From Anaerolineae bacterium (GTDB taxonomy: Bacteria > Chloroflexota > Anaerolineae > B4-G1 > DUEL01): DNA of 61,296 nt. Both the position numbers and the translations under genes were made by a program. Shown here piece by piece: positions 7,968 to 17,974 of this stretch. The stretch spans positions 1-61,296 of the forward strand of contig JBMFKS010000004.1 of NCBI GenBank assembly GCA_049972045.1. Direction: 5' to 3'. Position 1 is the stretch's first letter. Every line of letters starts with the position of its first letter. The notes under the pieces were generated by a model, which saw nothing but the letters and a program-made list of their open reading frames with translations, did no database searches and was not told the origin of the DNA.

Positions 7968-9512
7968 CTACACCGGCATGTTCCCGTGCTTCCGCGCCGG
8001 GTGTCGGACTCGCTTGTCTCGCAGCATCTCCAGTCCCCGGATGAGCATATACCGGGTCTGGGAAGGACGAATCACTCCGTCCAGATACCCCCGCCCGGCG
8101 GCGACGTAGGGGTTGGCGAACCGGTCCCGGTATTCCCGGAGCAATTGCTGTCGCATTGCCTCCGGGTCCTCTGCCTCCGCCAGTTCCTTCCGGAAGACGA
8201 CGTTCACCGCCCCCTCCGGTCCCATCACCGCGATCTCGGCGGTGGGCCAGGCCAGGCAGAGGTCACCCCGCAGCGGTTTGGAACTCATCACAATGTACGC
8301 GCCGCCGTAGGCTTTGCGGGTGATGATGGAGAGTTTGGGGACGGTGGCCTCCGCGTAGGCGTAGATCATCTTCGCCCCGTGGCGGATGATCCCCCCGTGC
8401 TCCTGCGCGACGCCCGGCAGGAAGCCGGGGGTGTCGGCAAAGGTGACCAGGGGGATGTTGAAGGCGTCGCAGAAGCGGATGAACCGCGCGCCCTTGTCGG
8501 CGGCGTCTATATCCAGGGCGCCCGCCAGGACCGCCGGTTGCTGGGCGACGATGCCCACCGGATGTCCCCCCAGCCGCGCAAAGCCCACAATGAGGTGAGG
8601 GGCAAAACCGGCCTGGACCTCCAGGAACTCCCCGTCATCCACCACGCGCCGGATGACCTCGTCCATGTCGTAGGGCTTCATAGGGTCCTCCGGCACCAGC
8701 GTGTCCAGTTCCGGGTCGGCCCGGTCGAGCGGGTCGGTGGGCGGGATATAAGGCGGGTCCTCGGCGTTGTTAGAGGGCAAGTACGACAGGAGGCGGCGCA
8801 CCAGCGCCAGCGCGGCCGAGTCGTCCGGCGCGACGAAGTGGGCTACGCCGCTTTGGGTCAGGTGGACGCGCGCGCCGCCCAGGTCCTCCGGCGTCACCTC
8901 CTCGTGGGTCACCGCCCGAATGACGTCCGGGCCGGTGATGAACATCCGCGCCGTCTTCTCCACCATAATGACGAAGTCGGTCAGAGCGGGGGAGTAGACG
9001 GCGCCGCCGGCACAAGGGCCCAGAATGACCGAAATCTGGGGGACGACGCCCGAGGCCAGGACGTTGCGGTAGAAAATCTCGCCGTAGGCGACCAGCGCGT
9101 CTACCCCCTCCTGGATGCGCGCGCCGCCGGAGTCGTTGAGGCCGATGATGGGCGAGCCGTTCTCCAGCGCCAGGTCCAGCACCTTGCAAATTTTCCGCCC
9201 GTGGGCCTCGCCGACGGAGCCGCCCAGCACGGTAAAGTCCTGGGCGAAGACGTAGACCCGGCGGCCGTCTATCTCGCCCCAGCCGGTGACGACGCCGTCG
9301 CCCAGCGGACGCTCCCGGTCCAGGCCGAACTCCGTCGCCCGATGGGTGACGAAGGCATCCAGTTCCACGAAAGACCCGGGGTCCAGAAGGGCCTCCAGCC
9401 GCTCCCGCGCGGTCTTCTTGCCCTGGGCGTGCTGTTTCTGAACTCGCTCCGGCCCACCGCCTGCGCGGGCCGCGGTTTCCATTTCCTCCAGTCGTTGCAG
9501 GTCGGCGCGCAT
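7968..9512 (-). CDS. acyl-CoA carboxylase carboxyltransferase subunit (PccB / methylmalonyl-CoA carboxyltransferase 12S type)
   Basis: Start MRADLQRLEE at 9512 after GGAGGAAGC; 514 aa. Typical blocks are GKKTARERLEALLDPGSF, GGARIQEG and AYGGAYIVM. Confidence 0.9.
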   Translation of the reverse strand: MRADLQRLEEMETAARAGGGPERVQKQHAQGKKTARERLEALLDPGSFVELDAFVTHRATEFGLDRERPLGDGVVTGWGEIDGRRVYVFAQDFTVLGGSVGEAHGRKICKVLDLALENGSPIIGLNDSGGARIQEGVDALVAYGEIFYRNVLASGVVPQISVILGPCAGGAVYSPALTDFVIMVEKTARMFITGPDVIRAVTHEEVTPEDLGGARVHLTQSGVAHFVAPDDSAALALVRRLLSYLPSNNAEDPPYIPPTDPLDRADPELDTLVPEDPMKPYDMDEVIRRVVDDGEFLEVQAGFAPHLIVGFARLGGHPVGIVAQQPAVLAGALDIDAADKGARFIRFCDAFNIPLVTFADTPGFLPGVAQEHGGIIRHGAKMIYAYAEATVPKLSIITRKAYGGAYIVMSSKPLRGDLCLAWPTAEIAVMGPEGAVNVVFRKELAEAEDPEAMRQQLLREYRDRFANPYVAAGRGYLDGVIRPSQTRYMLIRGLEMLRDKRVRHPARKHGNMPV

Positions 9513-9550
9513 GCTTCCTCCAGGAGACGGACCAGGCACGTCGTTCGCGG

Positions 9551-10660
9551 CTATCTGCGTTCCACCTTCAAAAACACCCTCCACCAGAGCCGCCGGAGCC
9601 CGGAGCGGAGCGCGGCCAGGGCGTAGCGGAGCCACCGCAGGAACCGCCGCCAGGCGGATACCGGCGCCGGCTGCGGAGACGTCCAGCGGATAACCGTCGC
9701 GCCCCAGGTCAGGCCGGCTCCGAAGCCCACGCAGACCACCCCGTCCCCCGGCTTCAGCCGCCCCTCCTCCACCGCCTCGCAGAGGGCAATGGGGATGGAC
9801 GCCGCCGAGGTGTTCCCATACCGCTCCAGATTGCTGTAAACCTTCTCCGGCGGGAGTTTCAGGTCCCGGACGGCGCTTTCTATGATGCGTCCGTTGGCCT
9901 GGTGGGGGATGAACAGGGCCACGTCGTCCAGGGAGAGGCCGGCCCGCTCCAGTGCCTGTCGGGTCGCCGCCGGGATAACCCGGACGGCGAAACGGAAGAC
10001 GTCCCGCCCCTGCATTTTGATGAAGTGCATCCGCTCCGCGACGGTCTGATGGGAGGCGGGATGGCGGCTCCCGCCTGCCGGGAGCATCAGCAGGTCACCG
10101 CCGGAGCCGTCGGCGCCCAGGGCGGTGGCCAGAATGCCACTGCCGTCAGGCCCGGCCCGCAGGACGACCGCGCCGGCGCCGTCGCCGAAGAGGACGCAGG
10201 TGTTGCGATCGGTCCAGTCGGTGATGCGGGAGAGGGTCTCGGCGCCGATGACCAGCGCGGTCTGGGCCGCGCCGGATTCTATCATCGCGGCGGCGACGCC
10301 CAGCGCGTAGACGAAGCCGGTGCAGCCCGCGGCCAGGTCAAAGGCGGCCGCGTGGCCGGCCCCCAGCGCGTCCTGCACCAGGCAGGCCGTGGCGGGGAAA
10401 GGGTAGTCCGGCGTCGCCGTGGCGACGATGATGAGGTCCACCTTCTCCGGCCCGATCCCGGCCCCCTCCAGCGCCCGCCGGGCGGCCTGGACGGCCATGG
10501 TCGCGGTCGTCTCGTTCTCCCCGGCGATGCGCCGCTCCCGAATGCCGGTGCGGGTAACGATCCACTCGTCCGAAGTGTCCACCATTCGGGAGAGGTCGTC
10601 GTTGGTCAGGACCCGCTGGGGGGTGTATTTGCCCCAGCCGACGATGTGGGCGCGCGTCAT
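9551..10660 (-). CDS. fabH: 3-oxoacyl-ACP synthase III with an approximately 40-aa basic amphipathic C-terminal tail
   Basis: Start MTRAHIVGWGKYTP at 10660 after AGGAGG. The fold ends at GLTWGATVIRW and the tail is TSPQPAPVSAWRRFLRWLRYALAALRSGLRRLWWRVFLKVERR. The ORF-track start at 10894 lies in repeat DNA. Confidence 0.9.
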   Translation of the reverse strand: MTRAHIVGWGKYTPQRVLTNDDLSRMVDTSDEWIVTRTGIRERRIAGENETTATMAVQAARRALEGAGIGPEKVDLIIVATATPDYPFPATACLVQDALGAGHAAAFDLAAGCTGFVYALGVAAAMIESGAAQTALVIGAETLSRITDWTDRNTCVLFGDGAGAVVLRAGPDGSGILATALGADGSGGDLLMLPAGGSRHPASHQTVAERMHFIKMQGRDVFRFAVRVIPAATRQALERAGLSLDDVALFIPHQANGRIIESAVRDLKLPPEKVYSNLERYGNTSAASIPIALCEAVEEGRLKPGDGVVCVGFGAGLTWGATVIRWTSPQPAPVSAWRRFLRWLRYALAALRSGLRRLWWRVFLKVERR

Positions 10661-10685
10661 TGTTCCTCCTGCAGCACAAACTGAC

Positions 10686-10913
10686 CGGGCCCGCCACGCC
10701 CTCGGGCCGAAGGCCCTCGGGGCCGAGGGCGTCGCCCCGCCACGCGGCGAGGTTGTCACTGCGAGCGCAGCGAAGCAGCCGCTCGCCCTCGGGCCGCGGG
10801 GCCCTCGGCCCAAGGCCTCGGCGCGAGCGCCTTCGGCGCGTGGCGCGGCGTGGCCGAAGGGGCTCGCCCCGAGGGGCTGCGCATTGTAGGGCAACTGCTC
10901 GCAGTTGCCCTAC
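10686..10913. repeat. composite intergenic repeat array (GC-rich family plus solo GTAGGGCAACTGC hairpin at 10886-10913)
   Basis: Near-identical blocks recur at 21052-21180 and 32222-32398. The hairpin abuts the fabF stop codon. Confidence 0.8.
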
Positions 10914-12166
10914 TACGGGGTGGCTCCTTCCTCCTGCGCCACGAAGATCAGGCAGCCGTTGTGTCCACCGAAGCCGAAGGAGTTGGAAAGGGCCACCCGG
11001 GGTTCCAGGTATCGGGCCTGGTTAGGGACGTAGTCCAGGTCGCATTCGGGATCCGGGGTCTCGTAGTTGATGGTGGGATGGACCCATCCGGTCTCCAGGC
11101 TTTTCACGCAGACGATGGCCTCCACCGCCCCGGCTGCTCCCATCAGGTGGCCGATCATGGACTTGGTGGAATTGACGGCAAGGCGATCGGCGTGGGGGCC
11201 GAAGACGACACGGATAGCCCGGGTCTCAATCCGGTCATTGAGCGGAGTGCTGGTGCCGTGGGCGTTGATGTAATCCACCGCCTCCAGGGGGAGTCCGGCA
11301 TCGGCCAGCGCGCGCCGCATGGCCAGCGCGGCCCCCTCTCCGGCCTCATCCGGCGCGGCGATGTGGTAGGCGTCGCAGGAGGCCCCATAGCCGGCCAGTT
11401 CGCAGTAGATGCGCGCGCCGCGGGCCTGCGCATGTTCCAGGGATTCCAGGAGCAGCACCCCCGCGCCCTCCCCCAGGACGAAGCCATCCCGGTGAGCGTC
11501 AAAGGGACGACAGGCGCGCGGAGGCTCGTCGTTGCGGCAGGAGAGCGCGCCCATGTTGGCAAAGCCGCTGATGGCCAGGGGGTGAATGACGGCCTCGCTG
11601 CCGCCGCAGAGCATCACCTCCGCGTCGCCCCGGCGGATCATCTCCGCCGCCTCGCCGATCGCGTGGGAGCCGGTGGCGCAGGCCGAGGCGAGGGCGATGT
11701 TGGGGCCCCGCAGGCCGTAGGTGATGGCAATGACCGCTGAGGCCGCGTTGGGCATCATCATCGGGATCATCAAGGGGCTCACGCGCCGGGGCCCGGCGTC
11801 CCGGAGGACGTCGTGGTTCTCCAGAAACGTCAGTGCGCCCCCGATGCCCGTGCCGATGAGGACGCCGACCGCGTCCCGATCTTCCCGGTTCAACTGGAGC
11901 CTGGCATCGGCGATGGCCTGGCGGGCCGCCTCCAGTGCGAAGAGGGCGAAGCGGTCGTGGCGGCGGGCCTCCCGCCGCCCGAAGAGGGCCACCGGGTCAA
12001 AGTCCTTCACCTCAGCAGCGATGCGGACCTCCAGGCCGGAGGCATCAAACTGAGTGATGGGGCCGACCCCGCTCTTGCCTGCCAGCAGGTTCTCCCAGAA
12101 CGTGGGCACGTCGTTGCCCAGCGGCGTGACGGCGCCCAGTCCAGTAACCACAACCCGTTTTTGCAT
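10913..12166 (-). CDS. fabF: 3-oxoacyl-ACP synthase II
   Basis: Start [17 protein letters not shown] at 12166; 417 aa with full KAS II blocks. The ORF-track start at 12268 lies inside a MITE. Confidence 0.92.
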   Translation of the reverse strand: MQKRVVVTGLGAVTPLGNDVPTFWENLLAGKSGVGPITQFDASGLEVRIAAEVKDFDPVALFGRREARRHDRFALFALEAARQAIADARLQLNREDRDAVGVLIGTGIGGALTFLENHDVLRDAGPRRVSPLMIPMMMPNAASAVIAITYGLRGPNIALASACATGSHAIGEAAEMIRRGDAEVMLCGGSEAVIHPLAISGFANMGALSCRNDEPPRACRPFDAHRDGFVLGEGAGVLLLESLEHAQARGARIYCELAGYGASCDAYHIAAPDEAGEGAALAMRRALADAGLPLEAVDYINAHGTSTPLNDRIETRAIRVVFGPHADRLAVNSTKSMIGHLMGAAGAVEAIVCVKSLETGWVHPTINYETPDPECDLDYVPNQARYLEPRVALSNSFGFGGHNGCLIFVAQEEGATP

Positions 12167-12213
12167 CCTGTACCTCCTGAGGCAATCCCCACTACTCAGA
12201 AACTTGCGGAAGC

Positions 12214-12468
12214 GGTAGTGGTTTGTCAACAGCACTTTTGTGGGTCTTTGCGCCCTCCAGTAGGGCAACTGCTCGCAGTTGCCCTACGCCTTGGGGCCTG
12301 CATGGGCCCCTGGCCGCGTCGGCAATTCGGACCCATATAAACTTGACTGACCAGTAGGTCGGGATTGCCCATCCGACCTCCTCGCTCTACCGAATTGCCG
12401 GCGAGAGGGGTTACCGAGTTTCTGACTTGCGGGAATGCGTCCCCGCGCCGGGTGTACTCGTAAGCAAA
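12214..12468 (-). repeat. full MITE-2 copy (12214-12358, reverse) followed by family G/F repeat modules (12359-12468)
   Basis: TIRs are GGTAGTGGTTTGTCAA and CTTGACTGACCAGTAGG, with a central hairpin GTAGGGCAACTGCTCGCAGTTGCCCTAC. Module F (about 85 bp) recurs reversed at 54856-54940. Confidence 0.85.
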
Positions 12469-12692
12469 AACACCCGGCCGGCCGAAAAGTCACGCTCTGA
12501 AAGGGGAATTTTCCGGCCTGCCCCCTTCCAGACCTTGCAAAAACCGAAAACCGGGGTAAAATAGAAATCTCTCGATGATTCTCAAATTTAATCCGCGAAA
12601 TCTGCGGGAATCTGCGTCCAAAGCAAAATTCGCCAGAGTCCGGTTTTCAAGTTGCAACACCGCCAAGCAGCAGCGACAGTGAGCCATTTCCC

Positions 12693-12929
12693 ATGTTAGA
12701 ACGTTTGCTGGAAATTCTGCAGCGCGGCGGCACCTATCGGGTGTCCGACCTGGCCCGCGCGCTGGATACGACGCCAGCGCTGGTGGAGATGATGCTGGAA
12801 GAGTTGGCCCGCGCCGGGTATGTGAAACCGGTCGCTACCTGCACGGAAGCCTGTGCCTCCTGCCCGCTGGCCGATTCCTGCATCGCTACCTCAACCGGGG
12901 AAAGCCTGGACACGGAGCCCCGCGCTTGA
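12693..12929 (+). CDS. FeoC-like winged-helix protein with a Cys cluster
   Basis: 78 aa: MLERLLEILQRGGTYRVSDLARALDTTPALVEMMLEELARAGYV, then CTEACASCPLADSC. Confidence 0.5.
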   Translation: MLERLLEILQRGGTYRVSDLARALDTTPALVEMMLEELARAGYVKPVATCTEACASCPLADSCIATSTGESLDTEPRA

Positions 12930-12953
12930 CAATTGGCCGCTTTACGATACAAT
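12926..12953 (+). promoter_or_regulatory. candidate promoter of the liv transporter operon
   Basis: TTGACA (12926-12931, overlapping the upstream stop codon), 16 nt, TACAAT (12948-12953). Confidence 0.45.
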
Positions 12954-13116
12954 AAAAGGCAATCTTGCGGGGGGTCTCCCGATTTCACCCCTTCCCCTTG
13001 CAAGAAATCCACGCCAGGGGAGGTGAGAGCGAGGAGAGAAGAGTATGCCTCTTGCCCGACCATCTCTACATCCCTATTTCATCCCCAATAGTCCACCAAA
13101 TTCAAGGAGGAGAGAA

Positions 13117-14253
13117 ATGGCTAAGCGTTCGTTTGCTATTCTCGCCGTACTGGTGGTGCTGGCCACTATGGTGGCGGCCTGCAAGCCTGCCCCTAAAGCC
13201 CTCAAGGTTGCCATCCTGGCCCCGCTGAGCGGTGACGTCGCTACCTTCGGTGCCTCCACCCGCGATGGCGCTCTGCTGGCGATTGAAGAATGGAACGCCA
13301 AGGGCGGTGTCCTGGGGCGGCAGATTGAGGCCGTGGTGGAGGATAGCCAGTGCGAGGCGGAGCCCGCGGCCAGCGCCGCCAACAAGGTCATCAGCCAGGA
13401 CCAGGTGAAGTTCATCATCGGCGAGGTCTGCTCCAAGGCCTCCATCCCCGTCTCCGAGATCGCCACGGCGAACAAGGTCCTCCAGATCAGCCCCACCTCC
13501 ACCAACCCCAAGGTGACGATTGACGAGGCGGGCAACGCCAAGCCGACGGTCTTCCGGGCCTGCTTCATTGACCCCTTCCAGGGCACCGTAGGGGCCAAGT
13601 TCGCTCTGGATGTATTGAAGGCCAAGACGGCGGCCGTCCTCCTGGACCAGGGCAACGACTACGTGCGCGGTCTGGCGGAGTTCTTCCGGGATGCCTTTGA
13701 GGCCGGCGGCGGCAAGGTGGTGGTCTGGGAGACCTACACTGCGGGCGACACCGACTTCACCGCCATCCTGACCAAGGTCAAGGATGCCAATCCGGACGTT
13801 CTCTACCTGCCGGACTACTACTCCACGGTCAACGTCATCGCCGCGCAGGCGAACCAGATGGGCATCAAGGCGGTCAAGTTGGGCGGCGATGGTTGGGACT
13901 CCCCGAATCTGGACAGAACCGCAGCGGCGGGCGGGTTCTTCACCAACCACTACTCCTCCGAGGACACCCGGCCGGTGGTCCAGGAGTTCGTGAAGAAGTA
14001 CCAGGCCAAGTATGGCTCGGTGCCGGACGCGCTGGCCGCTCTGGCCTACGATGCGGCCAACATCCTCTTCCAGGCCATCCAGCAGGCCGGGACGGATGAC
14101 CCGGTGAAGGTCGCCCAGACGATGGAGAAGGGGAAGTTCTCTGTGGTCTCGGGAGACATTGTCTTTGACGCGCAGCACAACCCCAAGAAGTGCGCCGTCA
14201 TCCTGGAAGTCCAGCCGGACAAGGTCTCCTACCGGGACACGGTCTGCCCGTAG
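13117..14253 (+). CDS. branched-chain amino acid ABC transporter substrate-binding lipoprotein
   Basis: Start MAKRSFAILAVLVVLATMVAAC (lipobox) follows AAGGAGG. LivJ/K-type periplasmic binding fold. Confidence 0.88.
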   Translation: MAKRSFAILAVLVVLATMVAACKPAPKALKVAILAPLSGDVATFGASTRDGALLAIEEWNAKGGVLGRQIEAVVEDSQCEAEPAASAANKVISQDQVKFIIGEVCSKASIPVSEIATANKVLQISPTSTNPKVTIDEAGNAKPTVFRACFIDPFQGTVGAKFALDVLKAKTAAVLLDQGNDYVRGLAEFFRDAFEAGGGKVVVWETYTAGDTDFTAILTKVKDANPDVLYLPDYYSTVNVIAAQANQMGIKAVKLGGDGWDSPNLDRTAAAGGFFTNHYSSEDTRPVVQEFVKKYQAKYGSVPDALAALAYDAANILFQAIQQAGTDDPVKVAQTMEKGKFSVVSGDIVFDAQHNPKKCAVILEVQPDKVSYRDTVCP

Positions 14254-14295
14254 CGGCCGGACCAGGCAGTTTGTTGGCCGGGGAGCCTGGCGGCT

Positions 14296-14545
14296 CCCCG
14301 GCCAATCTGTAACTGGAGGTCGGATTACCCATCCGACCCACCTCACCCGCTTCGGCGAGGGCCACGCCAAAGCCCTCAGCCGAAGGGCCGCTCAGTTCAG
14401 GGGATGTTCGGTTGAGGCGAAGCCGTCTCCTGACCTGCAAGTTTCGCCCTTTGCGGCCGTGTGGTGAACGTTTTCGGCGCGCCACGCCTCGGCCCAAGGC
14501 GTGACGCTGGCTCGTAATGACATCCTTGTAACTCTCCCAGGGGGT
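14296..14545. repeat. composite intergenic repeat array (family G hairpin, GC-rich family, fragment of the GTCATTGCGAG family)
   Basis: GGTCGGATTACCCATCCGACC (compare 12358-12380), GCCACGCC..GGCCCAAGGC blocks, and a CGTAATGACATCC end. Confidence 0.65.
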
Positions 14546-14548
14546 ACG

Positions 14549-15853
14549 ATGAGTATCGCCATAAAAGCCCGGCGGATGGAACAGCGGATGCTCCGGCGAC
14601 GGAATGGGATGGTCCTGAACCGGATCAGCCAGGCCGTGTTTGCCCTGGCGGGAATTCTGGTGCTCTACCTCGTGGGCCGCATTGCGGCCGCAAACCCTGG
14701 CGTCTTCTCTCAGCAAATCCTGAACGGCCTTCAACTGGGCTTCATTTATGCCCTGATTGCCCTGGGCTACACGATGGTCTACGGTATTGTGCGGCTCATC
14801 AACTTCGCCCACGGCGATGTCTTTATGGTCGGCGCGTTTGTCAGTTTCTTCACCATTTCCCTTCTGGACCTGCACCGATGGCCGCTCACCCTCTGGCCCG
14901 GAATGAACCCGACCGCCGCGACGGTCATCGGAACCATCACCGTGATCCTGGGCTCTATGGTGACCTGCGCTCTGCTGGCGGTGACGATGGAACGGTTCGC
15001 CTATCGCCCTCTGCGGGCTATGCCCCGCATCGCTGCGCTGATCACGGCCATTGGTGTTTCCTTCTTCCTGGAATATTTCGGCGGGTTGCCCTTCGTCTTT
15101 ACCAACAACTACATTACATACCCCCGCCCCTTTGAGGTGTTTGTTCTAACCGCCGACATGGTTCCCCCCCTCTGGCTGGGCATCCTGTGGGGAATGTGTG
15201 CCGTTGCCGCGATGGTGTATGGGATTCTGAAGGTGATGGGGAATCGGGGGAATGCCCGAGCCCAGGCGTGGCAACGTAACCCACTCCTGCAATTTGGCAT
15301 GCTCTTCGGGGGGTTCCTGGGGATAGCCCTCACCATCATCTGGTTGACCCCCCGGCTGGCCCGCACCCACTTTGATCTGACCGCCTCCAATGCAATGCTC
15401 ATTATCATGGGGATCTCGGTCGTCTTGCTGGTGCTTCTCCAGTACATCGTCCGGTATACCCGGATCGGCAAGGCGATGCGGGCTTCCGCCTACGATAAGC
15501 CGACCTCCCGGTTGATGGGGATCAACGTGGATATGGTCATTGCGGCCACCTTTGCTCTGGCCGGCAGTCTGGCCGGAGCGGGTGGTGTCCTCTACGCCAC
15601 CGCCTACAACCGGATCCACCATCTGATGGGTATCATCCCCGGTCTGAAGTCCTTCGTAGCGGCCGTCATCGGCGGTATCGGCAGCATTCCTGGCGCTTTT
15701 GTTGGCGCACTCATTATGGGACTGGTGGAAGTGCTCAGCGCAGGGTTTATCTCCTCGCCGATGCGGGATGCCGTCGCGTTCTCCCTGCTCATCATTGTCC
15801 TGCTGATCCGGCCGCAGGGCATCTTCGGCGAAGCGCCCGGCGAGAAGGTGTAA
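14549..15853 (+). CDS. livH: branched-chain amino acid ABC transporter permease (LivH type, with extra internal segment)
   Basis: LivH blocks include GLQLGFIYALIALGYTMVYGI..INFAHGD and RIGKAMRA. The 14549 ATG is chosen because the upstream part of the ORF is repeat DNA; the start is uncertain. Confidence 0.8.
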   Translation: MSIAIKARRMEQRMLRRRNGMVLNRISQAVFALAGILVLYLVGRIAAANPGVFSQQILNGLQLGFIYALIALGYTMVYGIVRLINFAHGDVFMVGAFVSFFTISLLDLHRWPLTLWPGMNPTAATVIGTITVILGSMVTCALLAVTMERFAYRPLRAMPRIAALITAIGVSFFLEYFGGLPFVFTNNYITYPRPFEVFVLTADMVPPLWLGILWGMCAVAAMVYGILKVMGNRGNARAQAWQRNPLLQFGMLFGGFLGIALTIIWLTPRLARTHFDLTASNAMLIIMGISVVLLVLLQYIVRYTRIGKAMRASAYDKPTSRLMGINVDMVIAATFALAGSLAGAGGVLYATAYNRIHHLMGIIPGLKSFVAAVIGGIGSIPGAFVGALIMGLVEVLSAGFISSPMRDAVAFSLLIIVLLIRPQGIFGEAPGEKV

Positions 15854-15880
15854 CAGAGGGTATCATCCTGAGGAGGCAAG

Positions 15881-17152
15881 ATGCGACAACTCCTGCGGAA
15901 TACCAACCTTACTTTCATCCTGGGAGCCGCGCTGGTCTTCATCGTGGTCCAGGCCCTGATCAGCCTGGGGCTTCTGAACGCCTACTGGCAGGGTATCATC
16001 TACTGGGGCGCGGCTATCACAATGGTCAGCCTTGGGCTCAACCTCATCTACGGTTTCAACGGGCAGTTCTCCCTGGGCCAGTTCGGCTTCTACGCTATCG
16101 GGGCCTACGCCTCTGCCGACATCACCTATCGCTGGGTGCGGAATGACCCTTCGGCACTGGTCGTTGTCCTCTTCGGCGCTCTGCTGGCGCTGGCCTTGAT
16201 GTTGGGGGTCAGCCTGCTCCTCCGTCGGTTCTATGGCGTCGCCACGCTGACCAAATTCCTCTTCAACTTTCTGGCCGCCGTGCTGGGCTTCTTCCTGGCG
16301 GTTCGGTTTGTGAACCCGGCCATCGGCCAGAAGGTCTACGCCGCGCTGAACGCTCTCCCGTCCGGGGTGAGCCAGCAGATCGTCTTCTTCCTGGCTCTGG
16401 TCGGCGGCGCCACACTGGCCGGCATCGTCAGTTACCTCTTCGGCATCCCGGTGCTGGAACTGGGTTCGGACTACTTCGGTATCGCCACCCTGGGGTTCAC
16501 CATCATCATCAAAGTGCTGCTGGATAACACGGATACCATCCTTCCCTTCCCGGAGATGAAGGGCGCGCGGGGGATGGTCGGCATCCCCAAGTGGACGACA
16601 TGGCCGTGGGTGTTTGTCACCTTTATGGCCGTTGTGCTGGTGATGCGAAACCTTCTCCACTCCTCCATCGGCCGGGCCATTCTCTCGGTGCGGGAGGACG
16701 AGCGGGCGGCGGAACTGGTGGGGATAGACACGGCTTCTCAGAAAATCCTGGCCTTCGTCATCGGGAGCGTCTTCGCTGGCCTGGCCGGGGGCATCCGTGC
16801 CCACGACATGGCTTTCCTCCACCCCACGATGTTCGGCTTCCTGCAGTCCTTCAATCCGCTCATCATCATTGTCTTCGGTGGTCTGGGCAGTATGACCGGT
16901 ACCATCATCACCGGCTTCTTCTGGATCTTCCTGCTGGAAGGGCTGTTACGGCTCTACCTGCCGGAGGGATTTGAGAACTGGCGGTTCGTCGTCTACCCCC
17001 TGGTTCTGCTGCTGATGATGCTCCTGCGCCCCCAGGGGCTCATGGGGCGGTATGAGATCGCCTTCCTGCGTCGTCCCCTGCCCCCGCTACGGGTGAAGGG
17101 AGCATCGCTGGCCCAGGAAGCAACCCCTCAAGCCGGGGAGGTGGCAGCATGA
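15881..17152 (+). CDS. livM: branched-chain amino acid ABC transporter permease (LivM type)
   Basis: 423 aa polytopic protein with GQFSLGQFGFYAIGAY and the LSVREDERAAE motif. SD GAGGAGG. Confidence 0.85.
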   Translation: MRQLLRNTNLTFILGAALVFIVVQALISLGLLNAYWQGIIYWGAAITMVSLGLNLIYGFNGQFSLGQFGFYAIGAYASADITYRWVRNDPSALVVVLFGALLALALMLGVSLLLRRFYGVATLTKFLFNFLAAVLGFFLAVRFVNPAIGQKVYAALNALPSGVSQQIVFFLALVGGATLAGIVSYLFGIPVLELGSDYFGIATLGFTIIIKVLLDNTDTILPFPEMKGARGMVGIPKWTTWPWVFVTFMAVVLVMRNLLHSSIGRAILSVREDERAAELVGIDTASQKILAFVIGSVFAGLAGGIRAHDMAFLHPTMFGFLQSFNPLIIIVFGGLGSMTGTIITGFFWIFLLEGLLRLYLPEGFENWRFVVYPLVLLLMMLLRPQGLMGRYEIAFLRRPLPPLRVKGASLAQEATPQAGEVAA

Positions 17153-17964
17153 AGGGACGGCCTGAAAATCTGAGTCCGGAAGTAGAGGCCCGGCCCGTCA
17201 TCCTGGAGATTGAGGGACTGACGCACTACTTTGACAGTCTGCGGGCCGTCCACGACTTCTCGGTCACCATCAAGGAAGGGGAACTGGTGGGGCTGATCGG
17301 CCCCAACGGCGCCGGGAAAACCACCGTCTTCAACCTGATTACCGGTGTCTACCGGCCGACGGCGGGGAGCATCCGCTACGAGGGAGCCCAACTGATCGGC
17401 CTCCCGTCCCACGAGATCATCCAGATGGGCATCGCCCGCACGTTCCAGAACATCCGCCTCTTCGCCAACCTGACCGTTCTGGACAACGTGCTTATCGCCT
17501 ACCACCCCCACTCCGGCTATGGGCTGACGGACTCTATCTTCCGCTCCCGCCGGTATCGGGAACAAGAGAAGGCGATCGTTGAGCGTAGCCAGGAGTTTCT
17601 GGAGATTTTCGGTCTGGCGGACCGCCAGAATGACATCGCCGGGAGTCTCCCCTACGGCCTCCAGCGGCGGCTGGAGATTGCCCGCGCGCTGGCCACTCAA
17701 CCCCGCTTGCTCCTGCTGGACGAACCGGCAGCAGGAATGAACCCGCAGGAGATTGACCAGTTGATGGAACTGATCCAGTTCATTCGGGAGCGTTTCCAGT
17801 TGACCATTTTCCTGGTAGAGCACCGAATGCGGCTGGTGATGAACATCTGCGAATGGATTACGGTGATGGACTTCGGCGAGATTATCGCCCGGGGGAAACC
17901 GGAAGAAGTGCGGGGGAACCCGCTGGTCATTGAGGCGTATCTGGGCCGTCAGGCCATCCGCTGA
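17149..17964 (+). CDS. livG: branched-chain amino acid ABC transporter ATP-binding protein
   Basis: Walker A GPNGAGKTT, signature LPYGLQRRLEIARAL, Walker B LLLDEP. ATGA overlap with livM. Confidence 0.9.
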   Translation: MKGRPENLSPEVEARPVILEIEGLTHYFDSLRAVHDFSVTIKEGELVGLIGPNGAGKTTVFNLITGVYRPTAGSIRYEGAQLIGLPSHEIIQMGIARTFQNIRLFANLTVLDNVLIAYHPHSGYGLTDSIFRSRRYREQEKAIVERSQEFLEIFGLADRQNDIAGSLPYGLQRRLEIARALATQPRLLLLDEPAAGMNPQEIDQLMELIQFIRERFQLTIFLVEHRMRLVMNICEWITVMDFGEIIARGKPEEVRGNPLVIEAYLGRQAIR

Positions 17965-17974
17965 GGAGGACACG

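Noticed and set aside
10661-10894. N-terminal extensions offered by the ORF track for fabH (to 10894), fabF (to 12268), thrS (from 19078), the TIGR01906 protein (to 55098) and livH (from 14501).
   Set aside because: The extensions translate MITE or GC-rich repeat DNA, and the same peptides recur at unrelated loci. Internal starts with good SD sequences match the expected family N-termini.
12560-12600. AT-rich segment CGATGATTCTCAAATTTAATCC upstream of the feoC-like gene, considered as a second Fur box.
   Set aside because: It is a poor palindrome and a poor match to both the 2192-2212 operator in this window and the classical Fur consensus. That is not enough to call.
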